NCBI GenBank assembly: GCA_026014495.1
Contig: JAOZIF010000126.1
Span: 1-15,866 of the forward strand
Length of the DNA: 15,866 nt
Direction of reading: 5' to 3'
From: Candidatus Bathyarchaeum sp.
GTDB lineage: Archaea; Thermoproteota; Bathyarchaeia; Bathyarchaeales; Bathyarchaeaceae
Positions 8,168-15,866 of this stretch are shown piece after piece. Position numbers and translations under genes: made by a program. The notes beneath the pieces are model-generated. The model worked only from the letters and a program-made list of their open reading frames with translations. It did no database searches and had not been told where the DNA came from. Position 1 is the first letter of the stretch. Each line of letters starts with the position of its first letter.

Positions 8168-8722
8168 TTAATCGTTGACTTTTGTCACGTAAACAGTTGC
8201 TACCATGCAGTCTCCTAATCTCTGACAAATAATGCATTCTTGAGGAATGGGAGAATCCTTTGGACGGCTTGAGAGATACCCAAAATGGTGAAGGCATCCT
8301 GAGAAGAACCGCTCTTCACTTGCTGCCGCGCTTTCTTCTGTTTTTGCATATCTTGCTTGTGATTTTACGGGGTTACTTTGATTTTTTGCATTCATTTTTT
8401 GAGCTTTCATTATCATTGCTTGCTGTGGATCTGTGGTTAAGATTCGGTTTCTTAGAAACAGCACCACACCTGCACCAAGAAGTGACACACCAATCAAGAA
8501 GTAATGGATAACGACCATACCTATTCCTAGGCTGATGGCTTCACCTGTTCTAGATCCAAAGAATACAGCACCTATGTCTTTGTTCCATGTGGAGATGTCA
8601 GTCCATGTTAACAAACCGACCCATGCTAAAACAAGTGCCCCAGAGGCAAATAATGCTAATATTATTAGTTGTGGCTTAGAACGTATAAAATCGATTTTTG
8701 ACAATAATGATTCTTTTGACAT
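8168..8722 (-). CDS. Hypothetical membrane protein, two TM helices plus C-terminal Cys/His putative metal-binding motif
   Basis: Hydrophobic segments LIILALFASGALVLAWVGLLTW and ISLGIGMVVIHYFLIGVSLLGAGVVLFL. C-terminal CLHHFGYL-x12-CIIC-x5-C. A T6 tract follows on the minus strand at 8139-8144. Confidence 0.75.
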   Translation of the reverse strand: MSKESLLSKIDFIRSKPQLIILALFASGALVLAWVGLLTWTDISTWNKDIGAVFFGSRTGEAISLGIGMVVIHYFLIGVSLLGAGVVLFLRNRILTTDPQQAMIMKAQKMNAKNQSNPVKSQARYAKTEESAAASEERFFSGCLHHFGYLSSRPKDSPIPQECIICQRLGDCMVATVYVTKVND

Positions 8723-8956
8723 TCTGTCTCCTCGCTCTAATTCTTCGGATAGTCTAACCTTAATTTTAAAGGACTATTTAGTTTTGATGAATCCAAAATA
8801 CTATTTAACAATCCAGTATAGTTTTTCACTTAGTTTTTTTGGGCTAAGTGTACGCCTTGTATTTACAACGTGTTTGATTCCAACTTTTGCTGGTTCAGAT
8901 TATTCTTCCACTTTTTTTGCGGTTTAGTCGAATCTGCTCAAAGCATACCCGGTAAA

Positions 8957-10648
8957 CTAGGTAACATACTTAACGCCTTTCCTTAACCTTTTTGTGAAAA
9001 ATACGATAATCAATACTACAGCTAGAAATAATAATGAAAAAATAACCCCTAAAAGAAGCCCAGGATTTGTGCTAGCTTCTTGATGCATATTGATGTCGAC
9101 TGGATTAATTATTGGATGGTTGTCTTGGTTTTTTTCGTTTATGCTGTATGGAGTGTCTCCTATGTCGTCTGCGTTATTGTCTGTGCCGTTGTAGTCGCTC
9201 CAGAAGTTGCCTATTGTGCCGTTATCCCAGATGTTTTTGGGAAAGCTTTGATAGGTTGTAATATATTCTTCAACATTCTTAGTGTTGTTAACGAAATTGT
9301 TAAGGTAAAACAGATTTTGAGAAGCATGGTCCCAAAACCACAAAGCTCTATGTGTGCAGTCTGATATTGTGTTATTGACAAAAGTGTTGCTGTTTGAACC
9401 GTAGAGGTCGATACCGCCAGAACTGCCCCCTGAAATTACGTTGTAGTTAAGGGTGTTTTCGTTAGATTCTTCTAATCTGATGGCGGTACTTCCTTTATTT
9501 ATTGCATTTCCTGTTATCGTGTTTTGAGAAGAATAAACAAGATGGATGCCCCGCCCTGCATCAGATAATGTGTTGTCGTTTACTGTGTTAATGGTTGAAC
9601 TAAAAAGTAGGATTGCATCTTTTTGAACTTGAACTGAATTTCTTTGTATTTTAGAGTTTGTAGTAGCCACAAGGATTATGCCTTGCATGTTTTGTGATAA
9701 TTTAAGGTTTTCAACAGTTATATTGGCGCAATTAACTAAGACTAAAAACGGTGTGTCTTCAGGTACTTTTTCGTCTTGTTTGTTAACCCAATAAATTATT
9801 GATTTCCCGTTTATTGTGTTCGAGGAATCTATGTCATTAATAAAATCAGACAAATCCCAACTTGAATCCCAGTTTAAGTTAAAATTTAAATTACTATTGC
9901 TTATTTTGTTGGCTCTTAAGACATTGTTTGATCCAGCAAGTGTTATTCCAGTTGACTGGTTGCTAACAATGTTATTAGATATATTATTACCATTTGAGTT
10001 AATGACAAGTCCACCATCTGGATTGTTTATTATTGTGTTATTGTATACGGTGTTGCCGTCAGAATACGTGATGCTCATCCCGACATAATTTTCAGTTACA
10101 AGGTTGTTACAAATGTAGTTGTTTGGCGAATATTTTATGGATATTCCACAACTGCGAGCACTTGGACCATCTATTGTGTTTCCTGTGATGTTGTTTTCTG
10201 ATGATCCGTAAAGCCAGATTCCTTCTCCGTTGTCTAAAATAGTGTTGCCAAAAACTCTGCAGTAATTTACGTGAAGGAGATGTATTCCTTTTCTGCTAAA
10301 AGAGTAAGCAGATGGCTTAACGGTGAAACCTGTTATGTTGGCATTATTGTGGCGTATTAGGACAACGGTTCCGTTTAAACGATAATCTCCTACTATTGTT
10401 GTTGTTTTTGGGTCTTCGCCAACCAAAGAAATAGGGCGATCAATACAAACACTCTCGTTGTATGTTCCGCTCTTTACAAAAATAATATCTCCTTCAGAAG
10501 CTGCATCAACTGCTGCTTGAATAGTAGGAAAATCGTCGGGAACAACAACGGTATCACCTTCCGCTGTCACTACTTCAATTTGGGGAAAAGAAACCAAAAC
10601 AAACGAAAAAACGAGCAAAATAGAAACTACTGTTTTGAGATTCAACAT
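8957..10648 (-). CDS. Secreted, membrane-anchored right-handed parallel beta-helix (NosD/CASH-like) protein, 563 aa
   Basis: Signal peptide. VVPDDFPTIQAAVDAASEGDIIFVKSGTY N-cap, repeated GIxL..SxxNxIxxNxI coils, GNFWSDYNGTD...IGDTPY C-cap, C-terminal TM followed by basic residues. GAGGAG RBS lies in the upstream gene's end. Confidence 0.88.
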   Translation of the reverse strand: MLNLKTVVSILLVFSFVLVSFPQIEVVTAEGDTVVVPDDFPTIQAAVDAASEGDIIFVKSGTYNESVCIDRPISLVGEDPKTTTIVGDYRLNGTVVLIRHNNANITGFTVKPSAYSFSRKGIHLLHVNYCRVFGNTILDNGEGIWLYGSSENNITGNTIDGPSARSCGISIKYSPNNYICNNLVTENYVGMSITYSDGNTVYNNTIINNPDGGLVINSNGNNISNNIVSNQSTGITLAGSNNVLRANKISNSNLNFNLNWDSSWDLSDFINDIDSSNTINGKSIIYWVNKQDEKVPEDTPFLVLVNCANITVENLKLSQNMQGIILVATTNSKIQRNSVQVQKDAILLFSSTINTVNDNTLSDAGRGIHLVYSSQNTITGNAINKGSTAIRLEESNENTLNYNVISGGSSGGIDLYGSNSNTFVNNTISDCTHRALWFWDHASQNLFYLNNFVNNTKNVEEYITTYQSFPKNIWDNGTIGNFWSDYNGTDNNADDIGDTPYSINEKNQDNHPIINPVDINMHQEASTNPGLLLGVIFSLLFLAVVLIIVFFTKRLRKGVKYVT

Positions 10649-10650
10649 TT

Positions 10651-11718
10651 TTATCTCCTCTGCGTAAAGCCACGTCTACAGAGTGTCTCTAATGCAGTAA
10701 CTGCAAAAATTCCAGCAACTAGAAAAGTCCATGAGGGAAACTCGGGGATTATTTTTATGTCTATTGGAACCATAATTGGATTGCTGTCTTGATTGTTTTC
10801 GTCAATAACGTAGGGGGTGTCTCCTGTACCGTCGTTGTTTATGTCTGTTCCGTTGTAGTCGTTCCAGTAGTTTTGGTTGATGAGGTTTACAGAAACGTTG
10901 TATCCAAATGTTAGTGCATATGTTTCTGTTGCAGAAAACTGTACCGTGTTGTTGACATAATTGTTGTTGGTTATTGTGTTGTTGTTAGAAACGTAGATGC
11001 ATGTTCCAACACCTGAATTTGATATGTTATTTCGGGTTACTGTGTTGTTGCTTGAATACTGGAGCCTGATGGCGGGGTCGTCACAGTTTGTTATTGTGTT
11101 TTCTGAAACTGTGTTGTTGTAGCTACTTGACCAAATCTGGATTCCCTCAGTGCAAGAGTCAATATAGTTCCCACTCACAAAATTATCGTTTGACTTGCTT
11201 AGTTGGATTGCGCTTGAGAGGCCAATTGACTCAAAATAGTTTCCAGTTATGTTACTGTATGAGGTGCCGACTAAAATTATGCCGTGCTGATTGTCTGCTA
11301 TCCTGTTTCCATAGATTCTGCAAAAGTTCACTTCACCTATTGTTATTCCTGCATAGCCGTAAAGTAACTTAAAACCAGAAATTGACACATTGTCACATTG
11401 TATCGTTATTGGTCTTCTGTATTCTTCAGAAGGGTCTCCATAAACTATTGGGGCAGCTGCACCATCAATTATCGTGGTGTCTAGATTTTCTCCAATCAAA
11501 GACAATGATTTGTTAACTACAATGTTTTCGTGGTAGGTACCCTTCTTTACGTAAACTGTATCTCCGTCTACTGCATTATTAATAGCTTCTTGGATGGAAC
11601 CGTAATCATCAGGAACAACAAGCGTATCAAGCTCTGCTTTAGTCACTTCAACTGCTGGAGAACAAACTACAATTAAAAGAAAAATAAGCAACACAACAAA
11701 CAATGATTTAGTTTTCAT
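10651..11718 (-). CDS. Beta-helix (NosD/CASH-like) surface protein with PEF-CTERM-like tail, 355 aa
   Basis: Signal peptide, VVPDDYGSIQEAINNAVDGDTVYVKKGTY, beta-helix repeats, NYWNDYNGTD...GDTPY, IIPEFPSW + TM + RR. AGGAG RBS. Overlaps the upstream gene by 11 nt. Confidence 0.88.
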   Translation of the reverse strand: MKTKSLFVVLLIFLLIVVCSPAVEVTKAELDTLVVPDDYGSIQEAINNAVDGDTVYVKKGTYHENIVVNKSLSLIGENLDTTIIDGAAAPIVYGDPSEEYRRPITIQCDNVSISGFKLLYGYAGITIGEVNFCRIYGNRIADNQHGIILVGTSYSNITGNYFESIGLSSAIQLSKSNDNFVSGNYIDSCTEGIQIWSSSYNNTVSENTITNCDDPAIRLQYSSNNTVTRNNISNSGVGTCIYVSNNNTITNNNYVNNTVQFSATETYALTFGYNVSVNLINQNYWNDYNGTDINNDGTGDTPYVIDENNQDSNPIMVPIDIKIIPEFPSWTFLVAGIFAVTALETLCRRGFTQRR

Positions 11719-13048
11719 CTTTTCGCTCCTGATTAAAAAAATACCTGTACGCTATCGATAAAAAGGTAACAATAAAGAACAATGCAGTTAGAAAACTCCA
11801 TGAAGAAAACTCTGGAATTGCACTAAACTCTTGAGTTGTGTGGATATCAAATGGATTCATTAAGGGGTAGCTGTCTTGGTTGTTTTCGTTTATGATGTAT
11901 GGGGCATCTCCTATTCCATCTGCGTTGTTGTCTGTGCCATTGTAGTCGCTCCAATAGTTGCCTCCTGACGGAAACCCGTTATCCCATCCCCGTGTGTTGG
12001 CTTCTCCAAGATAGGTTGTTGCTTGATTGGCATTATCAATGAAATTGTTATGATGAATGAGATTATTTGAAGAATATTGATTATTATTTATTCCATATTC
12101 ATTATTGGAAGTTATGTTGTTCAAGAACACTAAATTGCCATAAGAATAAGTTGTCACGTATATTCCAGTGGCATTATTTTGGTCTATATTATTTCTGGAA
12201 ATAGTGTTGTTCCTTGATTCATACAAACAGATTCCGTTTCTACTGTTGTTTTCAATTTGGTTTCCAGTTATTGTTGTGTTACTAGCCCATTCAACATGAA
12301 CACCATCCAGCCCGTTATTATTAATTTCATTGTCCGATATGCAGTAATCTCTTGGGTTGAGATGAACCTTGATTCCATGCTCTTCATTGTATGTTACAAT
12401 ATTGTTTGATACAACATCATTTCCCGAAGCCATAGAACAAATACCAGTTTCATAGTTGTCATGTACATTATTTTTAGTAATCAGATTGTCTGTAGAATAC
12501 TGAATAAAAATTCCTACACAATTTGATTCCACAATGTTGCCGGAAATGATGTTATTGTTTGAACTAGTTAGGTAAATGCCGTAACCGTTCCAACCATCAT
12601 TGTGTATTACACTATTTTCGTTAATTAGGATATTTTGGGATTTGTCAACGTAGATGCCAATATTGTTGTCTGTTATTGTGTTTCCAGTTATGTTAATTTT
12701 AGATGAGGACACGATATAGCATCCGTTATCAAAATCGTCTAACTTGACATTAAATATTCTTGAATTATTTATGTTGTCCAGATAGAATCCATAATCGGCG
12801 CCATCGCCTGTAAGAGTGTAACCGTTCCCATCGATTACTGTACCGTCTTTTTCCAAAATTATTGCTCCAGTTAGGTTACCCGTAAAAGTGTAAACGTTGC
12901 CATCTCGTTGAATCTTATCTGTTCCTTCAACTGTCCCGTCAGGTCTTATGTAAATTGTCTCTTGAGCATTCACTATATTGCATAATGGAAAACTAAACAA
13001 AACAACAGAAATTACTAGTAACACTACGATTGTTGACTTTGATTTCAT
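11708..13048 (-). CDS. Beta-helix (NosD/CASH-like) surface protein with PEF-CTERM-like tail, 446 aa
   Basis: Signal peptide, IYIRPDGTVEGTDKIQRDGNVYTFTGN N-cap, many GIxL/V..SxxNxIxxN coils, GGNYWSDYNGTD...IGDAPY, IPEFSSW + TM + basic tail. Confidence 0.88.
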   Translation of the reverse strand: MKSKSTIVVLLVISVVLFSFPLCNIVNAQETIYIRPDGTVEGTDKIQRDGNVYTFTGNLTGAIILEKDGTVIDGNGYTLTGDGADYGFYLDNINNSRIFNVKLDDFDNGCYIVSSSKINITGNTITDNNIGIYVDKSQNILINENSVIHNDGWNGYGIYLTSSNNNIISGNIVESNCVGIFIQYSTDNLITKNNVHDNYETGICSMASGNDVVSNNIVTYNEEHGIKVHLNPRDYCISDNEINNNGLDGVHVEWASNTTITGNQIENNSRNGICLYESRNNTISRNNIDQNNATGIYVTTYSYGNLVFLNNITSNNEYGINNNQYSSNNLIHHNNFIDNANQATTYLGEANTRGWDNGFPSGGNYWSDYNGTDNNADGIGDAPYIINENNQDSYPLMNPFDIHTTQEFSAIPEFSSWSFLTALFFIVTFLSIAYRYFFNQERKDEN

Positions 13049-13093
13049 TTTGTACCTAAAGATTACTACTTTGACATGGGGAAAAGAGTTTTT

Positions 13094-13162
13094 GTCAAGA
13101 AACTTTGACCAAAAATAAACAATTTAGCAATTTGCTCAGTCAAGAAACATTGACCAAGAATA
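13094..13162. repeat. Two 24-bp direct repeats, each containing the palindrome GTCAA-N6-TTGAC (putative operator pair)
   Basis: 13094-13117 gtcaagaaactttgaccaaaaata versus 13139-13162 gtcaagaaacattgaccaagaata: 2 mismatches, 45-bp period. Confidence 0.8.
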
Positions 13163-13381
13163 TTTGAGCGTAACAAATTGTTATTTAGCTTCAAAATAGC
13201 TTTCTAAGAGTGAGACTTCGCTGATTCGACTGGTTCAGTATTTAACTTGTGAAATCAAGCCACATTTTTCAGGCGAGTGGCATTTGGCGTAAACAACAAA
13301 GTGCATTCTTGAATGATTTCTCATCGTTCTAGCAGCCTATTGTGTTTTCTGGTTTGCGTGATATTGAGCCGTTATCAAAGG

Positions 13382-13399
13382 TACATTACATGTGATGTA
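13382..13399. promoter_or_regulatory. 18-bp near-perfect palindrome TACATTACA|TGTGATGTA
   Basis: One mismatch from perfect dyad symmetry, intergenic, about 190 bp upstream of the beta-propeller gene. Function is inferred only. Confidence 0.35.
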
Positions 13400-13546
13400 A
13401 ATATACCGTAAAATTTTAACATTTGGTTCCAAAAATTAGGAAAAATTTCGGGTTCAAACACATTCAATTTCAGTGTTTACATTTGAATGCATTAGCTTAC
13501 AGTGCAAACGTCCAAGTTTTATGCATTTCTAAAGACAATTAGTTTG

Positions 13547-13561
13547 AAACTCAGTGAGTTT
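13547..13561. promoter_or_regulatory. Perfect 7-1-7 inverted repeat AAACTCA-G-TGAGTTT near the likely transcription start of the beta-propeller gene
   Basis: 27 bp upstream of ATG 13589 and downstream of a TATA-like TTTTATGC at about 13517-13524. Confidence 0.35.
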
Positions 13562-13588
13562 AGACTTTGTTTAAGGAAATGAAAAAAC

Positions 13589-15866
13589 ATGGAAAAACAC
13601 ATTAGAATTGAGAAAAGGGAAATATCAATAACAAAAATAACTGCAATTGCATTTTCTTTGATGTTAACAATTTCTGCAATATTAGCTGTTTTGCCAATCG
13701 CAATTGCCCATGACCCTGCATGGGATATTCCAACATTTACATACATCACTGCTCAACCAAATCCTATAGGCGTTAATCAAGAGGTTTTCCTTGTATTCTG
13801 GACTGCTGACCCTCCACCAACAGCAGCAGGTATTGGTGGCGACAGATGGACCAATTACATGATTACAGTCACAAAACCTAACGGAGACACCCAAACACTT
13901 GGACCATTCAACTCAGACCCAACAGGAGCAGCATACACATTATACACGCCTGATCAAGTAGGCACATACACATTTGATTTTGAGTACCCCGGACAAGTGC
14001 TGTCTTTGTATCATCCAGAAACAGGTATTGAAGGCCAAAATAGTCCATACGTAGGTGATAACTATCTACCCAGCAGTGCATCAACAACACTAACTGTGCA
14101 GCAAGACCCATTAGAAAAACTTCCAGAGTATCCACTCCCAACAGAGTACTGGACACGACCAATAGAAGGCCAAAACTCAGCATGGGCAGCTATTGCCTCA
14201 AACTGGCCTGGAGAAGACCTCATGCAAAGCAGACGAGTACAAGATGATGGCATTGCACCAAACAGCCCTCACATAATGTGGACAAAATCATTTGAGTCAG
14301 GTGGAGTCGTCGGAGGCTTGAGCTACGCCATTGATGGTGTAACATTTTACACTGGACAATCATACGAACGAAGATTTGGTGACGTAATAATCCTAGACGG
14401 AAAAATCTATTTTTCGCCACCACTTGGTAACGACGCTACTGGCGGTCCATACACTTGTTTGGATCTTCGTACCGGAGAAATACTGTGGCAAGTAGATGGA
14501 ATCAGTCCAACCTTTGGGCAGTTATACGATTATGAATCGCTCAATCAACATGGAGTCATACAAAGCGGAGTTCTGTTTGAGCCCGTTGGAAGCACATGGA
14601 TGGCATATGATGCATTCACTGGAGAATATCTCTACAATCTTACTGATGTTCCATCAGGCACTGAAGTGTATACAGAATACGGCGAAATAGACATTTACAG
14701 ACTAAGCTACAGCGAACGCAAACTTTACTGCTGGACCACAGCTGCACTACCTGATTCGCCATTAGTAAGGACACCAGGAACAACCACCAACGCTTACCAA
14801 TACAGGCCAATAGGCAAAAACGCTAACATGAGCGAGAATTACAGGTGGATAGTTGACATACCTGATTTGCCAGGAGAGTCAAACCCAAGTATTGTTACCG
14901 TTATTCCTGGAGATTTGATACTTGGCAGAAGCTCACAGGTATCAACCACTTCATCATGGAGGGGCACTCCAGATCCCTGGACAATGTGGGCACTAAATCT
15001 TGATGAGTCAAGAGGCGAAATAGGTGAACTTTTGTGGCTTAATGACTACGATGCGCCAGCAGGCAACGTTACACAAATGTTATCGTATCAACCAGTGGAT
15101 ACCGTGTATCGCGCGTTCGAAATGACGATTTTCGAGACAGGAGAACGTTTGGGCTACAGTCTTGATGATGGAAGTTTGTTATGGGGTCCAGTTGGGACAC
15201 CATATAATCAGTCCACACATGCGTACCAATATTTCAGTAGTAGGGCAGGACAAATTGCTTATGGTAATCTTTACGTGGGCGGCTATGGTGGAGAAACAAT
15301 TGCCTATTCGATGCTTGATGGGTCAATACAGTGGGTCTTTAATGACACTTTTTCAGGTCTTGAAACGCCATGGGGTCTTTATCCCAACCACCTCTCTATG
15401 ATTGCCGACGGAAAGGTATACACATTTACGGGTGAACACTCTCCTAACGTGCCTCCATACAAGGGTGCACGAACATGGTGTCTTAACGCTACCACAGGAG
15501 AAGAAATCTGGAGTTTACTCTCATGGTCTGGATCAGGCATAGGTGAAGCTTACGCAAACGCGTACATTGCCGATGGCTTCCTAATCTTCGATAACTTATA
15601 CACCAACCAGATAACAGTAATTGGCAAGGGACCAAGTGCCACAACCATTTCAGTGCCACAGACTGCAATAACCGAATGCTCCAGCGTAATGATAACTGGC
15701 TCAGTTATGGATATCTCTGCGGGCACAACACAAAATGAGCAAGCTGCACGATTCCCCAATGGAGTTCCAGCAATGTCTGACGAAGACATGGGATTGTGGA
15801 TGGAATACGTGTACATGCAAAAACCAATGCCATGCGACGCAAAAGGCGTTACAGTGACGTTGACTG
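13589..15866 (+). CDS. Large secreted Ig-like + PQQ-like (BamB-type) beta-propeller protein, 3'-truncated (>759 aa); missing from the ORF track
   Basis: Manual translation from ATG 13589 (MEKHIRIEKREISITKITAIAFSLMLTISAILAVLPIAIA-HDPAWDIPTFTYI...) is open to the window end (...MEYVYMQKPMPCDAKGVTVTLT). Trp-docking-like motifs TGEILW, TGEYLY, IGELLW, DGSLLW, DGSIQW, TGEEIW. Also DGKVYTFTGEHSP. Confidence 0.9.
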   Translation, partial: MEKHIRIEKREISITKITAIAFSLMLTISAILAVLPIAIAHDPAWDIPTFTYITAQPNPIGVNQEVFLVFWTADPPPTAAGIGGDRWTNYMITVTKPNGDTQTLGPFNSDPTGAAYTLYTPDQVGTYTFDFEYPGQVLSLYHPETGIEGQNSPYVGDNYLPSSASTTLTVQQDPLEKLPEYPLPTEYWTRPIEGQNSAWAAIASNWPGEDLMQSRRVQDDGIAPNSPHIMWTKSFESGGVVGGLSYAIDGVTFYTGQSYERRFGDVIILDGKIYFSPPLGNDATGGPYTCLDLRTGEILWQVDGISPTFGQLYDYESLNQHGVIQSGVLFEPVGSTWMAYDAFTGEYLYNLTDVPSGTEVYTEYGEIDIYRLSYSERKLYCWTTAALPDSPLVRTPGTTTNAYQYRPIGKNANMSENYRWIVDIPDLPGESNPSIVTVIPGDLILGRSSQVSTTSSWRGTPDPWTMWALNLDESRGEIGELLWLNDYDAPAGNVTQMLSYQPVDTVYRAFEMTIFETGERLGYSLDDGSLLWGPVGTPYNQSTHAYQYFSSRAGQIAYGNLYVGGYGGETIAYSMLDGSIQWVFNDTFSGLETPWGLYPNHLSMIADGKVYTFTGEHSPNVPPYKGARTWCLNATTGEEIWSLLSWSGSGIGEAYANAYIADGFLIFDNLYTNQITVIGKGPSATTISVPQTAITECSSVMITGSVMDISAGTTQNEQAARFPNGVPAMSDEDMGLWMEYVYMQKPMPCDAKGVTVTLT

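Noticed and set aside
8190-8240. c-type cytochrome motif in the 184-aa membrane protein
   Set aside because: CIIC is followed by Gln, not His, so there is no CxxCH.
8535-8927. 130-aa plus-strand ORF, and the other short ORFs antisense or out of frame to assigned genes (e.g. 317-523, 900-1202, 3624-3977, 6678-7001, 9080-9364, 10517-10792)
   Set aside because: They are shadows of well-supported genes on the opposite strand or another frame, with no motifs or RBS.
9121-11962. Diversity-generating retroelement TR/VR pair from the 91-bp similar blocks
   Set aside because: Mismatches are not adenine-specific, all copies lie in frame inside paralogous genes, and there is no reverse transcriptase in the window.
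8957-13048. Nitrous-oxide reductase accessory (nosD) function
   Set aside because: Only the beta-helix fold is shared; there is no nosZ, nosF, nosY or nosL in the window.
13094-13162. Mini-CRISPR array from the 24-bp repeats
   Set aside because: Only two copies, a 21-bp spacer (too short), and no cas genes or leader. An operator pair fits better.
13519-15816. Series of short minus-strand ORFs in the ORF track at the right end
   Set aside because: All are antisense to the continuous plus-strand beta-propeller gene starting at 13589.
13589-15866. PQQ-dependent dehydrogenase annotation
   Set aside because: Only the propeller Trp-docking motifs are recognisable; no vicinal disulfide or pqq genes are seen, so catalysis is unsupported.

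Overview
Archaeal chromosomal window, most consistent with Ca. Bathyarchaeia. This is inferred from a DGGGP synthase, roadblock proteins, a REC-PAS-HK hybrid, NosD-like beta-helix paralogs and a large PQQ-like beta-propeller; no database search was run. Left to right: (1) a 5'-truncated coiled-coil gene, a roadblock-domain protein that appears fused to a CDC48/VAT-N-like double-psi barrel, and a second roadblock protein; (2) DGGGP synthase convergent with a stand-alone tRNA-binding OB-fold protein; (3) one REC-PASx4-histidine kinase gene split by a single extra base at about 4839-4841; (4) a bacterial-type class II fba plus group III pfk operon; (5) a 2-TM protein with a C-terminal Cys/His motif; (6) three coupled, membrane-anchored beta-helix surface proteins, two with PEF-CTERM-like tails; (7) a 540-bp divergent intergenic region with a duplicated palindromic operator-like motif; (8) a >759-codon secreted Ig-like/beta-propeller gene that is absent from the ORF track because it runs off the window end. 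No tRNA, rRNA, CRISPR array or mobile element was seen.
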